This document shows, one piece after another, positions 25,617-32,000 of a stretch of DNA of 32,000 nucleotides. The stretch covers positions 30,001 through 62,000 of the forward strand of contig CAYHAA010000015.1 of assembly GCA_964354495.1 (NCBI GenBank), given 5' to 3'. The DNA comes from an uncultured archaeon (GTDB taxonomy: Archaea; Asgardarchaeota; Thorarchaeia; Thorarchaeales; Thorarchaeaceae). Below the pieces are notes generated by a model. The model had not been told where the DNA came from, did not search any database, and worked only from the letters and a program-made list of their open reading frames with translations. A program made the translations under genes and the position numbers. Position 1 is the stretch's first letter, and each line of letters opens with the position of its first letter.

Positions 25617-25862
25617 TAGGATAAGTGGCAATCCATGTCGTCCCGTTCCTGAGAACGATAATCTTACACATACCTTGCTGTGCGTCATTGGATTAGAAGG
25701 CTCCTGCGTTGACACGTTCTGGAGGACTTTCGACAGAAGACTCGAGAAGCAGAGAGAGTGGACCCTAGACAAGAAACGATTCTCTTGCCTGCTCCAATCA
25801 ACTGTTATTCAGCCAAATAGAATATGATACTGAGTGGGGAATCTCAGTATCAATGGTTCGGC

Positions 25863-28800
25863 CTAGTTCTTACGTTTAATCTGAATAAGCACGATTATGA
25901 TTACGACGGCAGATCCAGCAGCTATGGCGATTACAACTATGGAAGTCATCGATGTCAAGTCCGATGGTACCGTCGATGTTGTAGTCGTCGTCACACCTGT
26001 AGTGGTAGTCGTCCCTGTGGTCCCGCTTGTCGATGTAGATGTGGTTTCAGTGGTACTACTAGTGCTTGAGTTGACAGTGACCAAGACACTATCTGTCACA
26101 GAGTTTCCTGCGAGATCATAGAAAATCACTGTGAAGGTGTATGAACCTAGAGTAAGTCCATCAACTGAATAATCGAGTCCATTTGTCCACGAATTTGTCG
26201 CTATCAACACATCATTTCGATATAGCTCGTAGTAGTCAGGGTGCAGATCAGTGCATTCCCATTGAATCACATTGCCCGTTGTTCCTACGATGTACACGAT
26301 ATTCAATGGTCGTGATATGATTGGAAGGCTATTGTCGACAGTCAGCTCCATTGCTATTGTATGCTCGTTCCCTGTATAATCTGCTAGCGTCATTTGGAAC
26401 AGATAGTGACCATCTGGAACAGGAGTTGAATTGGAAAGCCACCAATAGATAGTTGTTGAATTGAGATACCCACCCTGCAATGGATTTTGGAAATACTGTG
26501 ATATATCCCCTGAGGCAAAATCAAGGTACATTAGCCAAGATCCGCCAAGACTGTTTCCATAGCCACATATTGTGATGTTGTTACCACTCTGATACAATTC
26601 GGCATTTGAAGAGAGGACAGGTGCGGTGTTATCTACAGTGGTGCTTTCTGCATCCGATATAGTAGAAGTACCAAAGACTGCAGATGCACTGATATTATGC
26701 AGACCATCTGCTACAGCAGTTGTATCCCACACGTAACTCCATGTACTTCCACCAGTCGCGAGGCCCTGAGATACATCATCTATGAAGATCTCAGCGGAAG
26801 ATATCGGGTCCACACTCCCTATCAGATGCACGTTATCGATATAGACGCCTTGCCCAACTATCGATACATCACTATGGAATAGGAATCCAATTCTAGTAGC
26901 ACTTGTAGGGATTGATAAAGTGAGATGTTGCCATCCTGTTGTAGTTCCTAATGAATAGGGAGTTGTCCATGCTGAGCCAATATAGTATGCAGGACTGAAC
27001 CAATCAAATCCTGCTTCGACTCCTGCCCAATAATCAAATGACATGGTAGCAGAGTCAAAATCACTAATGTCGACGAAACAGTATGCATAGGAATCGGCAT
27101 AATTCTCATATTCCGAACCAATATCCCAGATATCGATATCATCCACAGTCATGCTACCAGAGTAATCACCTTGGAAGATGAAGGCGAAGTATAGCGTTGA
27201 GCATATCGCATCCTCTGGCAACATCACTCTTTGTTCTCCAATAAATGAGCATGTTTCTCCTACTGGAGCCCACCATCTCTTCAGATAAGTGAAAGTCGCT
27301 CCATCAGTGGAATAGAGGACACTAGCGAAGTTATTAGATGGAGCATTTTGAACTTCATAGTCCATCCAGAATGTGAGGCAGAGCTCAGTTGCGGTCGATC
27401 GGTCAAGTGGACCCTGAACCGCCCACTCCTTGACACCTGAGAGTCCACCAGTTGAACAGGAAATCTTGTAGTTCATGGAATAGCCTGTTGGTCCCCATGG
27501 ATGAGAGTTCGTACCTGTACTGTATAGCGCCCATCGCGCTGGCCAGTACCAGATAGGCATAATGAAATGCTCAGTATAGACTGCGGTTAATGTTGGGGTA
27601 CCTCCGCACCAGATTGAAGAGCCACCAGAATAACTGTGATATGAATCAACACCCCAGAGTTGGTCACCATTATTTGAGTTTGCATCATTCGTGTACCATG
27701 GAGTTGCAAAGGAGCCGGGCTCAAATCCGATATCAAGAACAGTGTCTTCAGACGCACCTTGAGCTGTGCCGCTAATCTCCACAGTTCCACCCACATAGGT
27801 ATCTAGCGTGTCAATTTTAACAGAGGGGAGAGTCATAATCGCATTTACTTCTTCCCGAGGTTGATTGTCCAATATTGCATGAGGCGTTTGGGAAGAAGTT
27901 GCTTCGACAGACCACTCAACAGAGGTGACAGTGAAACTCTCAAGCACTCCAGAAACTGGCCAAACGGAGTCTCCTATCTGAATGATAAATTCATTTTCTG
28001 TAAGAGTGCTCAAAGATGGTGCAGCGTCACTCAAATCAATAAGGATATGATTTCCGGGGAATGGATAGTTTTGGTATAAACCACTACTGTCAGCCTGATT
28101 AAACAAGAAGAAAGTGTCTGACCATTCAGTCCAACCATCTTGCTCCAAGCTAATACTTATTCCCGAGTTCAAAACATCTCCACGTTTTTCGTGAGAAATT
28201 CTCATAGATGCGAAGAGACTGGGAGTATACGGTTGACTTATCACATCACAATAATAAAAGATACGTTGAGATAGAGCAGAATGCTTGATAGCTGCGTAAG
28301 ACATCCACCAGAAACCATTATCGCCCCAATCGCTCCCCCAGGAATTGACGAGCAAGAAAGCCCCGAGTCCATCGGTTGTTGATTTGGCATCATCGTATCC
28401 TACTAGGCAAACTGCATGACCCCCACCCAAGTCCCCACTTGCATGACTTGTGGTGTATATATTATTAATCTCATCAAAGCTATAGAATGCAGTTCGAGTG
28501 GAGATTGCAGTGACTGCTGTATTGCCTGCAGCAAGGTATGATTTCAACACCTCTAAATCGCTATCTGTATAAAGATAATCCCATTCCGAACCGGTTATTC
28601 GATATCTCATAGACTCATGATATGCTCCTTCAGATGGCCATGTAGCATAGTCGCTTTGGCTATAGGGCATTGTGTTCATTGTTGCGCAGCCAAAATCAGT
28701 GAGGAGATTTGACGCGTCCGGGAAATTAGAGCCTGTATCATCGCCATAGTTGATTTGGTTATACACAAATGCGGGACTAAATTGGTGACTTGAGATTGTT

Positions 28801-29288
28801 GTATCCCAGAAGCCATTTGCAGCAGCTATTTGGTGGGTAAGGCAATAGTATGCCCAAGCCCATCCAGTACATGAGCCTTGAGTTCCTTGATCTCCGATGG
28901 GAGGAAGTCCGACAAGATTGGATACACTAGGCGGACTAAGTGGACTCGGAGAGCTATATTGCTCTGGAACAGCACAGCTTGTTTCCGCTCCTCGTCTGAA
29001 TTCCTCATACTTGTCCATATCTTCAAAAATCAATCCAGTCGGTCTATAGTTTGGTATTAGTGATGGGTCTGCATATTCGACTATCTGCTCGATTTTCGGT
29101 CGTTCTGTAGAAGGTTTACCAATTGCTTCTGGAGCAGACTCCTCTACCGCATCATCAGTAGCAAGGGATACTGTCTTTTCCAACTCTTGAGAATTGGTTG
29201 CATGAACTCCAACTGGCACTGCTGGAACAAAAATCAAAAGAATGAAGAAACTAACTAACACGATTCTGAAGGTTTTCATACTATGCAC
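25863..29288 (-). CDS. Secreted, membrane-anchored papain-family (C1) cysteine peptidase with Ig-like and jelly-roll accessory domains, Ser/Thr linker and C-terminal TM
   Basis: Signal peptide. Catalytic DQGTQGSCTGW (Gln, Cys), GGHAVCLVGYDD (His) and LVNSWGSDWG (Asn). C-terminal GTTGNVIQW...VDGL..G.Y...D..GN Ig-like module, TM and RKN tail. Confidence 0.9.
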   Translation of the reverse strand: MHSMKTFRIVLVSFFILLIFVPAVPVGVHATNSQELEKTVSLATDDAVEESAPEAIGKPSTERPKIEQIVEYADPSLIPNYRPTGLIFEDMDKYEEFRRGAETSCAVPEQYSSPSPLSPPSVSNLVGLPPIGDQGTQGSCTGWAWAYYCLTHQIAAANGFWDTTISSHQFSPAFVYNQINYGDDTGSNFPDASNLLTDFGCATMNTMPYSQSDYATWPSEGAYHESMRYRITGSEWDYLYTDSDLEVLKSYLAAGNTAVTAISTRTAFYSFDEINNIYTTSHASGDLGGGHAVCLVGYDDAKSTTDGLGAFLLVNSWGSDWGDNGFWWMSYAAIKHSALSQRIFYYCDVISQPYTPSLFASMRISHEKRGDVLNSGISISLEQDGWTEWSDTFFLFNQADSSGLYQNYPFPGNHILIDLSDAAPSLSTLTENEFIIQIGDSVWPVSGVLESFTVTSVEWSVEATSSQTPHAILDNQPREEVNAIMTLPSVKIDTLDTYVGGTVEISGTAQGASEDTVLDIGFEPGSFATPWYTNDANSNNGDQLWGVDSYHSYSGGSSIWCGGTPTLTAVYTEHFIMPIWYWPARWALYSTGTNSHPWGPTGYSMNYKISCSTGGLSGVKEWAVQGPLDRSTATELCLTFWMDYEVQNAPSNNFASVLYSTDGATFTYLKRWWAPVGETCSFIGEQRVMLPEDAICSTLYFAFIFQGDYSGSMTVDDIDIWDIGSEYENYADSYAYCFVDISDFDSATMSFDYWAGVEAGFDWFSPAYYIGSAWTTPYSLGTTTGWQHLTLSIPTSATRIGFLFHSDVSIVGQGVYIDNVHLIGSVDPISSAEIFIDDVSQGLATGGSTWSYVWDTTAVADGLHNISASAVFGTSTISDAESTTVDNTAPVLSSNAELYQSGNNITICGYGNSLGGSWLMYLDFASGDISQYFQNPLQGGYLNSTTIYWWLSNSTPVPDGHYLFQMTLADYTGNEHTIAMELTVDNSLPIISRPLNIVYIVGTTGNVIQWECTDLHPDYYELYRNDVLIATNSWTNGLDYSVDGLTLGSYTFTVIFYDLAGNSVTDSVLVTVNSSTSSTTETTSTSTSGTTGTTTTTGVTTTTTSTVPSDLTSMTSIVVIAIAAGSAVVIIIVLIQIKRKN
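25963..26069 (-). repeat. Low-complexity Thr/Ser-rich linker coding region within the protease gene
   Basis: Encodes SSTSSTTETTSTSTSGTTGTTTTTGVTTTTTSTVPS. Confidence 0.8.
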
Positions 29289-29416
29289 CTCAATGTTCTA
29301 TGAGCCCAGACTGTCCCTAAAATACTATTCTAGTATCGGGAATACTACCCAATCTAGTTCCAGGTGATGTAGGACCAGTTGCCTTATTCTATGTTTGAAC
29401 TAGAATCATCTATCTA

Positions 29417-30130
29417 CTATCCTAGATCAGAACCTCTGAACGAACGCCCACATGTCGAACAGAACTGTGCATCGATACTGTGTTTCGGGGTTCCACAATA
29501 TGGGCAAAAACCAGTCTGTGCCGGAGGGGGACTCGGTGCCCTAGAATACTCGGGGTATTGTGGGGCCTGCGGGTATGATGGTTGATACACTTGCTGAGTC
29601 TGCTGTTTTCGCTTCTCGTGCTTTGAAGCATAGTCGAGAATACAACCAATGATTACGACTAAGACAATTGCTGTGATTACTGCACCAATTAGCCCAGATG
29701 AATCATTGATGACCTGCGGAGCTGCTGCTGTGATTGTCCCCTCAATATGCTTTCTATACAACCAGTTGTCATTGATGAAGAGAAGATTCCATTCTCCGGA
29801 AACAGGCACGGTGAACGAGAGAGAAACGCTCCCAGCATTGTCACGTCCTACTTCTGCACTAGATGAATATCCACTACTCCATAGGTCATAGTTATCCTCA
29901 TCAAGGATATAAAAATCAATATCGCTTCCTGATGTGACCTCAATATCGACATGGATAACATAGTCTTCACCAAGAGAGCTCCAATAGTAGCGGTATGAAT
30001 CCGAGGTATCAACCCAGAAGTCCACGCTGGCTAGTGGGTGCATATCTGTCGATTGTAAAGTGGATGCATCTACAGCTACTGGGATGAGAAATCCCACAAC
30101 GAGGAGGAGCAGAAAACCACGCCGTTTCAA
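29417..30130 (-). CDS. Single-pass membrane protein: signal peptide, GOLD/p24-like beta domain, TM, Pro/Tyr/Gln-rich tail and C-terminal zinc ribbon
   Basis: MKRRGFLLLL...AVDA signal; DIDFYILD...SFTVPVSGEWNLLFIN; TM helix; YQPSYPQAPQYPEY; CPYC...CSTC. Confidence 0.75.
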   Translation of the reverse strand: MKRRGFLLLLVVGFLIPVAVDASTLQSTDMHPLASVDFWVDTSDSYRYYWSSLGEDYVIHVDIEVTSGSDIDFYILDEDNYDLWSSGYSSSAEVGRDNAGSVSLSFTVPVSGEWNLLFINDNWLYRKHIEGTITAAAPQVINDSSGLIGAVITAIVLVVIIGCILDYASKHEKRKQQTQQVYQPSYPQAPQYPEYSRAPSPPPAQTGFCPYCGTPKHSIDAQFCSTCGRSFRGSDLG

Positions 30131-30342
30131 CTACTTGGTCCCACCAAATCACAACAATATCCCCGTTTTCATATTTAGTTTCTTCTATCGAGCCTGTAAT
30201 CAATCACTTGTCATTGATTTGCTTGCTAAGGTCCAAGCGAGATGTTCCAGACCAAAGACAAGCCATTGCCTCACGAGATAATCCAGACAAGCATGAGCCC
30301 ACTGGACTCCCTGGTCCGCGGCCTTCTTGAACGTGACCTGAG

Positions 30343-30564
30343 TCATTTGTCTTCTTGAGGGAAGGCTAGCAATCCAAGAAAGACAACTATTACTACCTTG
30401 TCCAATACTGCGAGATATGTCAGCAGTCTTACGGAATTGGTCAGTTGCTCGAGGCTAGCAACACTCCCAAGGTTGAAGCTGAGTATGAACTCTATGACTA
30501 CGATGAATAAGAGTGTACAGAATAGCCCGAACTTGATTATGTCAAATGTCTTCGTTCTTATCAC
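30343..30564 (-). CDS. Small membrane protein (2 TM)
   Basis: 73 aa with two hydrophobic segments, GTG start after GGAG. Confidence 0.55.
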   Translation of the reverse strand: MIRTKTFDIIKFGLFCTLLFIVVIEFILSFNLGSVASLEQLTNSVRLLTYLAVLDKVVIVVFLGLLAFPQEDK

Positions 30565-30655
30565 CTCCCTGAACTCCTTTCTCTAACTAAGAGACGGCAT
30601 TCCTGAGGTCTTGGATCCACATGACTTGAGCCTCTCAAGCCCCTCATACGCCACG

Positions 30656-30814
30656 TTATGATGGTAATCGTCTTCCGAGACTAATCTGTTTATTGTTTCT
30701 CTGCTCCTCCGAGAGCTGCTCCGCAAATAATACTGCCCGTCGAATCTCTTCTCGGTCTTTGGGGGGCTTCCCTTCAAATTCGTGCATTGATACTGCCCCT
30801 GATTGATCTGGCAT
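30656..30814 (-). CDS. Possible 52-aa small protein absent from the ORF track
   Basis: MPDQSGAVSMHEFEGKPPKDREEIRRAVLFAEQLSEEQRNNKQISLGRRLPS, a charged helical composition that looks more protein-like than the overlapping 102-aa frame. Confidence 0.3.
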   Translation of the reverse strand: MPDQSGAVSMHEFEGKPPKDREEIRRAVLFAEQLSEEQRNNKQISLGRRLPS

Positions 30815-30933
30815 GCCGGTGTACCTACATTCCCTCTTCGGAGGCTCTGCAATCCGTAAGATAGAGTGAAATAGCGGGGCAGCATTACCAACCCGAGGCG
30901 TCTATAGAGAAATATTGCCTAGGGGGTTTCTAG

Positions 30934-31692
30934 ATGAAAGCAAATCAAGTAGCAAAAGGTGATTGGCGTGTTCAAATCACCAATGAAGACAAGAGGAAAC
31001 TTGCATATATTGCGAGGGAATTCAAGATTCAGAAACCATTGCCACCCCACGGAAAATGGAAAGACATGTCTTCTGAGGAGATATGGAAAGCAATCTTGAT
31101 TCAGTTTTGTGTAGGAGGCAGCGCAAGACGGATTGAAGAACTTAAGAAGAACAGAGAGAGATATGATGAGTTTCTTGAAAAACTGAGTTTTGGCACACTG
31201 TTGAGAGTCAAATCCAATAGGCAGGAGTTCATCGCAGGCCGTTTGCAGGATTTCAAAGCAACGCGATTCCATAACAAAGTAGCAAAGGGTCTCAATGACT
31301 GTCTTGAAAATGAAGACATTACGAGGGATGGAAGAATCATCTTCCTCGAGGGTTTGAAGAATAGCAGACTAAACGAGGATCAAATGAGAGACATTCTCCT
31401 GAAGAAACTGCCTTTCTTCAAGATGAAGAGCGTTTCGGATTTCATGATCACAATCGGAGCCTCGAGGAATTTCATAGCCTTTGATACGAGAGTGGTGGGT
31501 TTACTCAACAGGCATTTTGGATTGGACATAGAACCTGGTAAAGTACAGTCTAACAGAGGCCTCTACAAGGCACTTGAGAAAGAACTGAGAGAAGTCTGTC
31601 AGGAGTTGGGAATTGAGCTGAGTCTGCTTGACAGAATCCTATTCAACCGCAATTCCGAAATAGAGTCTATGCTTGATTCGAACTACAACTAG
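30934..31692 (+). CDS. HhH-GPD superfamily protein resembling archaeal/bacterial 8-oxoguanine DNA glycosylase (OGG2-like)
   Basis: MKSVSDFMITIG...IAFDTRVVGLL...YKALEKEL...LDRILF parallels the K.ASHFLRNVG...AILD.H...Y..IE...LD..LW pattern, with Lys and Asp at catalytic-like positions. Confidence 0.6.
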   Translation: MKANQVAKGDWRVQITNEDKRKLAYIAREFKIQKPLPPHGKWKDMSSEEIWKAILIQFCVGGSARRIEELKKNRERYDEFLEKLSFGTLLRVKSNRQEFIAGRLQDFKATRFHNKVAKGLNDCLENEDITRDGRIIFLEGLKNSRLNEDQMRDILLKKLPFFKMKSVSDFMITIGASRNFIAFDTRVVGLLNRHFGLDIEPGKVQSNRGLYKALEKELREVCQELGIELSLLDRILFNRNSEIESMLDSNYN

Positions 31693-31710
31693 GGTCGAGG
31701 GTTCAGTACG

Positions 31711-32000
31711 TTACCTAGCCGAGCAACATGATTTCAGTTGCTCTTCAATCTCAAGGCACTGCTGCATCACAGAATTGGCTACTTCGCAGGTCTTATGATT
31801 CTCCACAAGTAACTCGATGAATACACTATCAATCGCATGCTCAAGCATTGTTCTTATGATACTGAGAGTCAGACGCACCTGTTTCTTTGAAGGATCACAG
31901 TCATCCAAGAGCAGCTGTTTCCAAGATTCGTCTACTGATACGTTCCAATATCTCTCGGTCTTCTGTCTACGTACAATGTTCGTATCCTCTAGTAGACTTA
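31711..32000 (-). CDS. 3' part of a hypothetical protein, start beyond the window
   Basis: The frame of the 65-aa ORF stays open to the window edge (SLLEDTNIVRRQKTERYWNVSVDESWKQLLLDDCDP...). Confidence 0.5.
   Translation of the reverse strand, partial: SLLEDTNIVRRQKTERYWNVSVDESWKQLLLDDCDPSKKQVRLTLSIIRTMLEHAIDSVFIELLVENHKTCEVANSVMQQCLEIEEQLKSCCSAR

Noticed and set aside
25585-25827. 80-aa ORF in the gap between the hydrolase and the protease
   Set aside because: Overlaps the hydrolase stop, has no motif or clear RBS, and the other frames are closed
1-32000. CRISPR arrays, rRNA genes, transposases and the many short antisense ORFs in the track
   Set aside because: No regularly spaced direct repeats, rRNA-like sequence or transposase motifs were seen by eye; the short ORFs are shadows of well-supported genes

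Overview
Archaeal chromosomal window, probably Asgard and most likely Thorarchaeia. This is inferred from the archaeal information-processing genes, BHB-type tRNA introns, a TFE-beta/RPC34-like gene and a surface-protein Ig-like module I associate with Thorarchaeia. Left to right: (1) the end of a dipeptidase gene; (2) an acetate/acyl-CoA module of acs, an OFA-family MFS transporter and a CoA-transferase-GNAT fusion; (3) a nucleotidyltransferase, a 63-nt three-way-junction element and small hypotheticals; (4) tRNA-Ile(GAU) with a D-loop intron; (5) a NifS-SelD fusion, TIM-barrel protein, MBL hydrolase and cyclophilin; (6) a core cluster of trm1, rlmE, TFE-beta-like, gar1, srp19, dCMP deaminase, pyrB and an HTH regulator; (7) tRNA-Pro(UGG) with two introns; (8) a GH13 glucosidase and an M3 oligopeptidase; (9) an accessory-looking right end. 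That end holds a PD-(D/E)XK-like nuclease and a divergent HNH/Cys-rich protein separated by four hairpins, a 1141-aa papain-family surface protease with nested domains, a GOLD-like membrane protein and an OGG-like glycosylase. The best candidates for undescribed biology are the hairpin array with the HNH protein (24.1-25.1 kb), the NifS-SelD(Cys) fusion, the CoA-transferase-GNAT beside acs, and the orphan structured element at 6.77-6.83 kb. I saw no CRISPR array, integrase or transposase. All family assignments come from motif recognition by eye, not database searches.
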